Positions 50,125-58,295 are shown, counted from the first letter of the stretch. The stretch: DNA of 64,000 bases from a virus (IMGVR_UViG_3300033067_000504:31203-95202); one strand, 5' to 3'. Translations and numbers: made by a program. The notes: generated by a model from the sequence alone, not told the origin.

Positions 50125-50208
50125 TGCCTCTGGTAGGACTCGAACCTACTCACCCCTAAGGGAACAGATTTACAGTCTGTCGTAACTCTCCAACTTTACC
50201 GCATAGGC
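50125..50208 (-). tRNA. tRNA-Tyr (GTA), type II with long variable arm
   Basis: Hand-folded: anticodon stem-loop ACAGA-CTGTAAA-TCTGT; T-arm GTAGG-TTCGAGT-CCTAC; long variable arm. One mismatch in the acceptor stem; no encoded CCA. Confidence 0.7.
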
Positions 50209-50213
50209 TTAAG

Positions 50214-50299
50214 TACTCCTAACAGGAATCGAACCTGTACCCCTATTACTAGGGAAGGGATTTTAAGTCCCTCGCGTCTACCAGTTCCGCCATAGGAGC
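50214..50299 (-). tRNA. tRNA-Leu (TAA)
   Basis: Hand-folded: anticodon loop CTTAAAA; T-arm ACAGG-TTCGATT-CCTGT; long variable arm; G1-U72. Confidence 0.7.
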
Positions 50300-50304
50300 A
50301 ATTG

Positions 50305-50377
50305 AGGGGAAGGTAAGGATCGAACTTACGACCTAGACATTAACAGTGTCTTGCTACTTCCGCTGAGCTACTTCCCC
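50305..50377 (-). tRNA. tRNA-Asn (GTT)
   Basis: Acceptor GGGGAAG/CTTCCCC perfect; anticodon AGACA-CTGTTAA-TGTCT; T-arm GTAAG-TTCGATC-CTTAC. Confidence 0.75.
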
Positions 50378-50382
50378 TTTAG

Positions 50383-50464
50383 TACTTTAGGAGGGACTCG
50401 AACCCCCACGCCTTTCGGCACCAGATCCTAAGTCTGGCGTGTCTACCAGTTCCACCACTAGAGC
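50383..50464 (-). tRNA. tRNA-Leu (TAG)
   Basis: Anticodon CCAGA-CTTAGGA-TCTGG; variable-arm hairpin GCCGAAAGGC; T-loop TTCGAGT; acceptor has G1-U72 and one C-A mismatch. Confidence 0.6.
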
Positions 50465-50469
50465 GTAAG

Positions 50470-50541
50470 GTGTTAGATGAGATTTGAACTCACGATCAAG
50501 GTTCCACAAACCTATGCTTTAGGCCGCTAAGCTACTAACAC
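50470..50541 (-). tRNA. tRNA-His (GTG), no genomically encoded G-1
   Basis: Acceptor GTGTTAG/CTAACAC perfect; anticodon TAGGT-TTGTGGA-ACCTT; T-arm GTGAG-TTCAAAT-CTCAT; discriminator C; position -1 is U. Confidence 0.7.
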
Positions 50542-50543
50542 AG

Positions 50544-50620
50544 TAAGGTATCCAGGATTTGAACCTGGGAATCTCTTCCTTCCAAGGGAAGCGAGGACGA
50601 CCGGACTCCTCCAATACCTT
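50544..50620 (-). tRNA. tRNA-Pro (TGG)
   Basis: Acceptor AAGGTAT/ATACCTT; D-arm GAGG-AGTCCGGTCGT-CCTC; anticodon CTTCC-CTTGGAA-GGAAG; T-arm CCAGG-TTCAAAT-CCTGG. Confidence 0.75.
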
Positions 50621-50631
50621 ATAAACAATAA

Positions 50632-50660
50632 ACCCTCCACGTAGGAGGGTCTTATGTTTT
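50632..50660. terminator. hairpin with a U-rich flank, probably terminator/attenuator between the peptidase gene and the tRNA array
   Basis: ACCCTCC-ACGTA-GGAGGGT stem-loop with T-rich sequence on both strands. Confidence 0.35.
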
Positions 50661-50761
50661 GATAAACAATACTCTAGCCCTCCCTAAACTTTGGGTAGTA
50701 AATAATTGGGATTTAGGAGGTGGGTATTTCTCATGTGGTAAAGGTCGTTAGAGGATATGAA

Positions 50762-51301
50762 TTAAGCAAGTTTTTGTTGGATTATTTCTTCTAATTTTTT
50801 AGGATAAGCCACCATTATTTGCCTAATTACAAGGTTTTTAGGGTCTGCTGATATTAAAGGTTCTTTCCAATCAAACCAAACTCTTAGGAAATCTTCATGA
50901 GGTATTCCTCTCTTTTCCCCTATTTCTGGATCTAGTAAGTGTATCTTTTCCTTATCCAATTCAACTACTACACTAGAATGTCCATTAGGCATATCCTCCA
51001 AACCAGAGTTTAAACCTGGACTAAACCAATCTACTATTACTGGGATATTGTGGTCTAACCAGTACTTAATGTCGTCTAGTGTGCTGTCGTTTTGAATAAT
51101 ACATCCCAGTCCATACGACTCGATTGCTGCTTTCATGTCAGTATCGTAACAACCAAGTTTGTAGGTATGGTTACATCTTTTAGCTATTTCTTCCTCAGTA
51201 GTATCTATGTGGTAGTAATACAGTATCATTCGTATTGATGCTGGGCCACATAAGCTAGAATCACTCTGTTTGAATATTGGTATCTCTATCATAGGGTACA
51301 A
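50762..51301 (-). CDS. C39-like papain-fold cysteine peptidase, 179 aa
   Basis: QSDSSLCGPASIRMIL (Gln...Cys catalytic motif of C39/C39-like peptidases) with a downstream NGHSSVVV His and a later Asp. Confidence 0.5.
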   Translation of the reverse strand: MYPMIEIPIFKQSDSSLCGPASIRMILYYYHIDTTEEEIAKRCNHTYKLGCYDTDMKAAIESYGLGCIIQNDSTLDDIKYWLDHNIPVIVDWFSPGLNSGLEDMPNGHSSVVVELDKEKIHLLDPEIGEKRGIPHEDFLRVWFDWKEPLISADPKNLVIRQIMVAYPKKLEEIIQQKLA

Positions 51302-51426
51302 AGGTCTAAAAAGTAGGGGTAGGAGTCAAGGATATTAGTGGATATAACTTAGTCCCCTGGGTCTTAAGGGGTTAGAAAGTACCCCCCTACCCTAAATTAT
51401 TAAGCCTGTGAATTGAGTAAGGTACC

Positions 51427-51450
51427 CGATCACTCTAACTCCCCCTCATA
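51427..51450 (+). promoter_or_regulatory. repeated leader/promoter-like motif, copy 1 (CGATCACTCTAAC...CTCATA)
   Basis: Near-identical 13-mer plus downstream TCTCTCATA-like element; occurs three times in the ORF-poor region, each upstream of a small plus-strand ORF. Confidence 0.35.
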
Positions 51451-51502
51451 CTTGGAGTGAATCTTGTACCCCCTAACCTAACTGTTATGAAAACGAAAAG
51501 TT

Positions 51503-51652
51503 ATGGAATTTGAATATTATCTGCAATTGGCTATTGAGGAGTATTTAGTGAAGTTTGGTGATGATGGGTTGACAGTTCATCTCCTTCATAAGTTAATAAC
51601 AAGAGCTAATAAATTGCAAAAAGAGGCTGAAAATCGTCTTAATAAAGCTTAA
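51503..51652 (+). CDS. mini-ORF, 49 aa (MEFEYYLQLAIEEYLVKFGDDG...)
   Basis: ATG 60 nt downstream of motif copy 1; below the ORF-track cutoff; helical, charged sequence. Confidence 0.3.
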   Translation: MEFEYYLQLAIEEYLVKFGDDGLTVHLLHKLITRANKLQKEAENRLNKA

Positions 51653-52270
51653 ATATTTCCTCCTGTGGGTATGTAGCCAGCGCAGGGTAACATAGATTGG
51701 AGTCATTATGACTTAGCCAATGTTACAAGGAATACTGGCAGCGAATGCACCATAACTCATGTAGATATAAAGACTTCTTAGCAATATGTAAATATATCAA
51801 GACTATTGAGCATTAAGGACTGTAAACAGTAAATATAGGCTCTACAACTACTTGAATGACTAAGATGTGAAACTACCTGATTACAAAAACTAACCACATA
51901 CCAAGCGCAATATGAGTATAGGCTCTAATCCTATCAAGGTATAAGTATTGTGTGGCAGGTAATCAGCTCCCAAGGATGAGCAGTTGTAATAGGTAGCCCA
52001 GCGAGAATATCGTGGCAAGACACTCCTTCAATGGGAGATTACAGAACTATTACAACTGAGTTGCAGAGGGTTAAAATATTTTAATATTATCGACAAGTTG
52101 AATATAATTGGACAATAGTATTTGATCCTAAATTAATCTAAAATTGGTATCATTGTGGTTTTACTAGGTGTATTATTTACGTCTGCTGTCATTGCTTATG
52201 CAATCCAATCAGCACATGTAACTGGTTACTAGTATGTTGAGCCTGCAATATGGCTCAACCACCAAGGACA

Positions 52271-52294
52271 CGATCACTCTAACATTCTCTCAAT
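52271..52294 (+). promoter_or_regulatory. repeated leader/promoter-like motif, copy 2
   Basis: CGATCACTCTAACATTCTCTCAAT; ~60 nt upstream of the 52333 ORF; shares a CTAACC..TA.AC.GTTATG pre-start segment with copy 1. Confidence 0.35.
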
Positions 52295-52332
52295 TTGGGC
52301 AATATTGCCACATTATCTAACCCTATACGGTT

Positions 52333-52581
52333 ATGAAATTCTTGAAAACGTCCATCAATAAGAGTGGACAACAGTTCATCCAGTGTCGTGAAGAGTCAGT
52401 GGATGATGATGGTGTAGTTACTGCAACTCAGGGCTTCATCGAAGTTGCACCTGAAAAGGCAGATGGCTTGATTGCGAAACTCCAGAACGGAGAACGCAAG
52501 GCTGAATTCGGAGCCAAAAACCGCACAACTGGCCTTTATGAGGTCATTGTGTCGAAAGTTGAGGCTGAAACTGCAGCGTAA
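52333..52581 (+). CDS. small acidic protein, 82 aa
   Basis: ORF downstream of motif copy 2. Confidence 0.45.
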   Translation: MKFLKTSINKSGQQFIQCREESVDDDGVVTATQGFIEVAPEKADGLIAKLQNGERKAEFGAKNRTTGLYEVIVSKVEAETAA

Positions 52582-52700
52582 TGTAAGTTGTAGTTAATGG
52601 GTTAGTGCTCTCTGTAGAGGGAGCACTTTCCTATGACTTTACGTAACTAAAGTTGTATTGATAGTGAGTAGCTACTAATGTAGTTATTCACTAACCAACA

Positions 52701-52724
52701 CGATCACTGTAACTATCTCTCATA
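52701..52724 (+). promoter_or_regulatory. repeated leader/promoter-like motif, copy 3
   Basis: CGATCACTGTAACTATCTCTCATA. Confidence 0.3.
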
Positions 52725-53971
52725 CAGGGTTAGTTATTCAATAGTCTAATTAGTTGTTATTATTCTAATAGTCTGTAGTAATACTAGCTATTTAACTAGT
52801 AATCAATTAGTTATTCATATTCTCTATTCATTATGAACATGATAAATCATTATTCAATAGTCTTGCAAGCTATTGATAGTCAAATAATTGGTGTAACTTA
52901 TTTACACTTGCAATAGTTTTAATAGTTATTAGCGTGAGGATTGAATGTGATAGTTAGTCCTATACCCTATATTTCAACCTATTTTAACTATCAACCTGGA
53001 ATTGCCTTTAATTAAGCTATTAAGCTGGCTGGTATTTATACCTCTAATTTATAGCTATTCAACATACAATTAATTACTCAAAACATACAATCTAACCACC
53101 ACTTTATGGCACATTCAAGCAAAGAACAAGTATTTGAAGTACTATTTCAGGAACTTAAAGAAGGTGGAATGGCAAGTGAATAGACAAGAAAATATTATGA
53201 TTTTGAAATCATAATTAGTACATTCATATTATTCTCATCAAATAGTGTGAATAGAGAAATTACTAGTTGGTTGTGAGAATTGATCTTCTCATGTATCCAC
53301 GGAATAGCAGCATTCACGACTCTGTAAACAGGGAAGTAAAACATGCGACTAGTAATTTCTTACTTTATTTTACTTATAACACACCTTTTTCCCTCCTTAA
53401 AAGAAAGAAAACCTGTTAGTTTAATATGCCAGCTGTATCAAGTCTGTTAAACTGTGCACGAATTCTAACAAAGGATTCACAGTACTAATCAATTGGTCAT
53501 GAGATGGTTACAACCGACCTTTGCTACTAATTGTGGGATGTCAACGCAAGCAATTGATTATCAGGGATATTTGCGGGGCTTACTGTACCTGATCCAAGCT
53601 ATTCTCATAGCAAGTTAAAACTGGCCTAACCAGAGTAACACAAAGCTAGAGTGAGAAATTAGAATTTCCAAGTATAATGTTGTTTATTTACTAAACAGTA
53701 TTCAGTAACTAAACAGTGTTTACTTTATAGATACAGTCAGGTAGTGACATATTGTCACACAAATTGAGGAGTGATTTGAGACTGACAAAATGACACTCAC
53801 TCCAATGTATGATAGCCTATAATGGGATACGTTTGTATGTCTGAGTTAAAACATGGGTAAAATATTACAATTCGGGTTTTTGTAATATCTTGCTAAACAG
53901 CTTGCTGAACAACATGTATAGGACACCGTGGAAAAGCCCATTATTTTACTGAACTAACAAAATCTAACTAT

Positions 53972-54265
53972 ATGCCTATTAAACAAACAGAACATAGGAG
54001 AAAGAATGGTGGCCTTAAACCAAAATCTCCAAACAATCCAAATCCTGACCCTAACTCTAAACGTTCAAAAAAACGTAAGGCTCGTGGATTCAAATCACTT
54101 GAGTTATCTTCTCGCAAACACAAAAGAGCAGAGAGAAGATTGGCGATTAGCCAAACAATTGCTGGTAAACGTTATCCAGCAGGAACACCTGTAGATGGTG
54201 CATATAGCCAAGATGATTTTACTTATCATTCAGGTGGTGCACGTAAGTATCACGCAACAAAATAA
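53972..54265 (+). CDS. highly basic Lys/Arg/Pro-rich protein, 97 aa (nucleic-acid-binding-like)
   Basis: ~30% K+R; KRSKKRKARG / RKHKRAERR clusters. Confidence 0.45.
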   Translation: MPIKQTEHRRKNGGLKPKSPNNPNPDPNSKRSKKRKARGFKSLELSSRKHKRAERRLAISQTIAGKRYPAGTPVDGAYSQDDFTYHSGGARKYHATK

Positions 54266-54271
54266 CCAAGC

Positions 54272-54412
54272 ATGGCAAAGAAAACAGGATTTAACAAAGT
54301 TCTTGGAAGACAAGACTATGTTGTGAAAGGTCTAAGGATCTACAAAGGTAAAACCAAAGAAGGTAAAGCAATCACAGAAGAGCTTACCTACCTTGATTTT
54401 ACTGGTAAGTAA
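54272..54412 (+). CDS. mini-ORF, 46 aa (MAKKTGFNKVLGRQDYVVKGLRIYKGKTKEG...)
   Basis: Starts 7 nt after the previous stop (operon-like); below the ORF-track cutoff. Confidence 0.3.
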   Translation: MAKKTGFNKVLGRQDYVVKGLRIYKGKTKEGKAITEELTYLDFTGK

Positions 54413-55231
54413 CGATTTAACTCTTCTGCTTGAAGACAAACAACTACTCAAACCAGAGTTTACTGGGCTGTAGTAATACATTCGGTTAATCCGTAGAGAG
54501 TGCGCTGTTCTAGCAGTTAATGTTTGTTGTAGAGATGTGGGACTCTGGAGTAATGCACATTCCAACTAGAAAATTTGGACAGAAGAGTTATTAATACTAA
54601 AACTATTACTTTGTATTACCGAAAACTGGGGTGCAGTTGCTAGGGGTGTGCACACTGAGCAATCAAGACGAAAACCTAAATTCATACAGTTCGAGTAGTA
54701 GTTTTAACATAACCAGCACATACCAACAAACACTGGTTCATAGTGGTATAAGGTGATAAACCACTATTTTAAAACATTGCAATCACGGAAGACAATGACA
54801 AACTACACATATTGAAGGCTTCAGGGTATTAAGGTTCCCATTACGCGAATGGAGAAAGGTATTCACCGAACAGTAATGATAGTTATGAGTCTTGAGCCGT
54901 GTGGGTTAGTATTAGAGTTGCTTTTGTAACTTGATGACTAACCTAAAATAATAGGCTAAACATTGATCCTTATAACAAGAGAGTTAATACTCCCTGTAAT
55001 GAGGGGAAATTACATATCATTACTAACAATACATATCGCATATTGTTACTCTTGTTTAAAAAGTAATAACTACTTGAACGGAATACAGGAAGCATAATGG
55101 AATCCAATGCGTGTTAATTAAGCTGGAAAGGACTGAGGAGTAGTAGATGATAAATCGACTTAAAACTCTGAAACTCACAGAACTGTGTTATTACTTTTAA
55201 TTTGAATTCTCTAAACCATAAACTATACTTT

Positions 55232-55354
55232 ATGAAAAGATTCATTATTCTTATTGTTGCAGTAACTTTAATTGCTTTTATAGCAATGAGTTGCTCAACG
55301 TACACCTGCCCTACCTATGCTGGTAGTAAAGCAGATCATCATCGGGTGAATTAG
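55232..55354 (+). CDS. mini lipoprotein/secreted peptide, 40 aa
   Basis: MKRFIILIVAVTLIAFIAMSC: signal peptide with a lipobox-like AMSC, then a Cys-containing tail. Confidence 0.3.
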   Translation: MKRFIILIVAVTLIAFIAMSCSTYTCPTYAGSKADHHRVN

Positions 55355-55386
55355 TTAAGCACTAGAAATTAACATTAAATAATTAT

Positions 55387-56112
55387 ATGAAAATACAAAT
55401 AGTGAAAAAGGATAGCAGTAAGAAATTCAATTTTCTTGCTGGTATAAATCGTGCAATTCGTCCAGCGCAAGTAACTAGACTAGCAGAGTCTCTAAAGAAA
55501 ATGGGATGTCTTAGACCAGTTGTTATTGCCCACCTCTCTTTTAAAGAGCTAGTAGGTAACTACGTTATTGATGGTCAACACCTATTTCATGCACTCATTC
55601 GTAATAATATGGATATCCCATTTGTTATGATAGATGTAGCAGATGAGCAAGACTTAGTAGAAAAGTTAGCACTACTAAATAATAGCTCAAAAAGTTGGAC
55701 ACTTGCTGACTATCTACAGGTGTGGGCATGGAGAAGTGAGGAATATAAAAAGCTTCTCAAATATTACAATACCTATGATTTTGAAATAGGAATTCTTGCA
55801 TCTATTCTTTCTGGTAGGGTAGATGGGGGATCACTTACGCAAATGATTAAGCGTGGAAAGTTTAAGGTTGTAAATGAAGAACAAAATAAGAATCTGTTAG
55901 ATTATCTAACGGACGTACTTGCAATAGTTCCTAGAATGCGTAGATTTGAAAACAGATACCTCTGCAAAGAGTATGTGACGTTCTATCGTGCAATGGGTAG
56001 TAAGTATGACCATGCAAAGTTTCTTAAAAAGCTAAGCAAAAACAAGCTAGAATTTGTGCTTGCAACACAAGAACCAGGTAAGCTAGTGAATTTATTCACT
56101 CACTTGGTATAA
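55387..56112 (+). CDS. ParB/sulfiredoxin-fold (DGQH motif) nuclease-like protein, 241 aa
   Basis: YVIDGQHLFHAL resembles the ParB-N / DndB-type DGQHR catalytic-loop region. Confidence 0.4.
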   Translation: MKIQIVKKDSSKKFNFLAGINRAIRPAQVTRLAESLKKMGCLRPVVIAHLSFKELVGNYVIDGQHLFHALIRNNMDIPFVMIDVADEQDLVEKLALLNNSSKSWTLADYLQVWAWRSEEYKKLLKYYNTYDFEIGILASILSGRVDGGSLTQMIKRGKFKVVNEEQNKNLLDYLTDVLAIVPRMRRFENRYLCKEYVTFYRAMGSKYDHAKFLKKLSKNKLEFVLATQEPGKLVNLFTHLV

Positions 56113-56205
56113 TAAAGTACTAACATTAAATGTGAGGAGCACGGTTTTATAGACCTCTCGTATATAGGAATAGTACGCACAGTTAATGTTTAAACAAAAA
56201 CAAAC

Positions 56206-56394
56206 ATGATTTATTTAATTTATTTATTTTGTTACCTTTTAATAGGGATAATAGTAGTGGTTTTTGAAATCATTAAAGAACACTTAATTGCACCAATTAA
56301 ATTGCAGGATATAATTGATGCTGGTAAGCCAATGATTATAGTGCTACTATTTTGGCCAGCCTATTTAGGTTGGTTAGTATGGAAAAAATTTTAA
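56206..56394 (+). CDS. two-TM small membrane protein, 62 aa
   Basis: Hydrophobic segments LIYLFCYLLIGIIVVVF and MIIVLLFWPAYLGWLVW. Confidence 0.4.
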   Translation: MIYLIYLFCYLLIGIIVVVFEIIKEHLIAPIKLQDIIDAGKPMIIVLLFWPAYLGWLVWKKF

Positions 56395-56406
56395 AACAAA
56401 CACAAG

Positions 56407-58104
56407 ATGTTTAAGCAAAAACAAAAACAACTGATTGAGATTTCTCAATCAACATCTGGCACAACCACAATGGAATCACCATTTGTAGCAGCTGCAAACA
56501 AGAAATCAGCACGTACCTTAAGTGGTAATGGTGCACTCAAATACTCAACAACAGGTAATGACTTTGTTGATCAATTTGGTAAGCTAGGATCTTATAAAAC
56601 TCCTCGTACATATGAAGAGATAGCTAATGATATGGCAACACTGTGGGCAATAAACCCATTGCTAACTGTATGCTTTACTCTGTTCATTCGTATGATTACA
56701 AGAGTGGTAGTATCATTTGATGGTATCAAGACAGCATCACCTCAACGTGGAGCAGGATTGAAAAATGAAGGTATTATGAGAATGATGTGGATTAACATCA
56801 ATCATCGTGATACGTTCTGGAAGAACTTTGGTTTATTTGTTATGGTGGGTTCATGGAAAGATGTCTTTGTGATGTTGTCCTTAGATCTTCAGTATAATGG
56901 ATGGAAATCAAGAATGTTAGATTGGGATAAGTTTGGACAAGCAATACTTGTTGGACTTGAGAATCCTAATACTACCAACTTGGTTAAGAAATATCTACCC
57001 CAACTAAAATCAAACGCACAGTGTAAAACATTGGAATCACAAGCTAATAACATCATTGCAAAATGGTTGTGCAGCTTGTTGTTTGGTGGTAAAAATGGTG
57101 ATACACAGTTTCAGAATTATAAGAAGTATCGCCAGTTAAAAACCAGTGGTACAGCTCACACATGGCAACAACACATATCTCGTAAAGATCTAATTAAGCT
57201 TGACTTTAATACTGTACATGGTAGAGCTTTAGCTCAAATGGTGTCAGGTAAGTTCTTGGCTAATAACGGATTAGAGAAGAGGTATGAGGAATGGATAGCT
57301 AACAAACCAATAGCTAAGTTTACTGGTTATGTAACTGAGTTGTTCATCAAAACTCCAGAGAAGAAGTATCAAATTGATACATTGAATGCTCAGTTCAATG
57401 GATTAATAGAAACAGCAAAAAAGAGTGCAATTACTGCAACAAACTTTATTTCTGTTGTTGATACCAGTGGTTCAATGAGTACACCTAATAGTGGAATCAA
57501 GATGGAGAATGTGGATGTTGCTAAGTCATTAGCATTATTCTTCTCACAAATGTTAAACAAAGGTCCATTTGCTAACGCATGGTTTGAGTTTAACAGTTTT
57601 GCGGTTCTTCATACCATTAAAGGTTCAACACCTTGGGAGAAATGGTGTGACATGAAGAGATATAGTCATACTGGTAGTACAAACTTTATTTCAGTAGTAG
57701 AATATCTAATTGATATCAGGAAAAAGAATCCAAAGTTAGCAGAATCAGATTTCCCACAAGGATTTCTGGTAATGTCAGACATGGAGTTCAATCCTACTCA
57801 GTTTGGTACTAATACTGAAACTGTATTCAAGAGATTGCGTACAGTATTCTCTAAAGAGTTTGTAAACAACTTTAAACTTGTATTCTGGAACCTACAAAGC
57901 AATGCGTATGGTCGAGGAACAGGTGAAAAGTTTGAAACACATGGTAATGAGAAGAATGTATTCTATTTCTCAGGATACGATGGTAGCATAGTAGCATTCT
58001 TAACTGGTGTGGAGGGTAAAGCTGAAAAGCCTACACCCACTACTGCAGAAGAGTTGTTCAAAGCCGCTATGGACCAAGAGGTTCTTAAACTTGTAGAAAT
58101 TTAA
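56407..58104 (+). CDS. vWA-domain protein with an N-terminal helical domain, candidate Ro60/Rsr-like (TROVE+vWA) RNA-binding protein; alternative: DUF2828-type vWA protein
   Basis: Canonical MIDAS motif VVDTSGSMS at aa ~345 with downstream Thr and Asp candidates. The 565-aa length and vWA placement match Ro60 orthologues. The gene is immediately followed by an array of tRNA-mimic structured RNAs, as at rsr-yrlA loci. Confidence 0.5.
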   Translation: MFKQKQKQLIEISQSTSGTTTMESPFVAAANKKSARTLSGNGALKYSTTGNDFVDQFGKLGSYKTPRTYEEIANDMATLWAINPLLTVCFTLFIRMITRVVVSFDGIKTASPQRGAGLKNEGIMRMMWININHRDTFWKNFGLFVMVGSWKDVFVMLSLDLQYNGWKSRMLDWDKFGQAILVGLENPNTTNLVKKYLPQLKSNAQCKTLESQANNIIAKWLCSLLFGGKNGDTQFQNYKKYRQLKTSGTAHTWQQHISRKDLIKLDFNTVHGRALAQMVSGKFLANNGLEKRYEEWIANKPIAKFTGYVTELFIKTPEKKYQIDTLNAQFNGLIETAKKSAITATNFISVVDTSGSMSTPNSGIKMENVDVAKSLALFFSQMLNKGPFANAWFEFNSFAVLHTIKGSTPWEKWCDMKRYSHTGSTNFISVVEYLIDIRKKNPKLAESDFPQGFLVMSDMEFNPTQFGTNTETVFKRLRTVFSKEFVNNFKLVFWNLQSNAYGRGTGEKFETHGNEKNVFYFSGYDGSIVAFLTGVEGKAEKPTPTTAEELFKAAMDQEVLKLVEI

Positions 58105-58140
58105 AATCTTACTGTGACAAGTAAGTGGGGCGGCAAAAGT

Positions 58141-58168
58141 GATAGGTGTAACAGCCTATCACTTTTAT
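58141..58168 (+). terminator. hairpin GATAGG-TGTAACAGC-CCTATC plus T-run; also carries the AACAGC motif in its loop (element 0 of the RNA array)
   Basis: 6-bp stem with the loop sequence shared with the downstream repeat bulge, followed by ACTTTTAT. Confidence 0.4.
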
Positions 58169-58169
58169 A

Positions 58170-58232
58170 AGAGCAGAAACAGCAAATTTAAAAACAATCA
58201 AAGGTTAATTGATAAAGTTAAATCACTGCTCT
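58170..58232 (+). ncRNA. structured RNA unit A (outer helix AGAGCAG/CTGCTCT, AACAGCA bulge, inner ATTTAA/TTAAAT helix)
   Basis: Complementary 7-nt ends flank the conserved bulge motif. Confidence 0.45.
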
Positions 58233-58237
58233 GATAA

Positions 58238-58295
58238 GATTACCAACAGCAAATCAAAAAACTTCTAAATTTACTTGGAAAAACAGATGGTAATC
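58238..58295 (+). ncRNA. structured RNA unit B (outer helix GATTACC/GGTAATC, AACAGCA bulge)
   Basis: Same architecture with a different, compensatory outer helix. Confidence 0.45.

Noticed and set aside
54420-55230. A specific ncRNA or ribozyme (e.g. group I intron) in the long untranslated stretches
   Set aside because: No recognisable P3-P7 core, GNRA/receptor pairs or conserved catalytic sequences could be identified by eye. This is left as part of the general regulatory-region finding rather than claimed.
51301-55386. Possibility that the ORF-poor region is coding under a reassigned stop codon (TAG or TGA recoding known in some crAss-like lineages)
   Set aside because: All long structural ORFs, including the 4799-aa one, are uninterrupted under the standard code, and the tRNA array carries no suppressor tRNA. 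The small ORFs here end in TAA and do not extend convincingly if TAG/TGA are read through.
58107-58125. Hairpin CTTACT-GTGACA-AGTAAG right after the vWA stop as the terminator
   Set aside because: No U-tract follows it. The next hairpin (58141-58160) with the T-run is the better terminator candidate, although the first may still be a processing or stability element.
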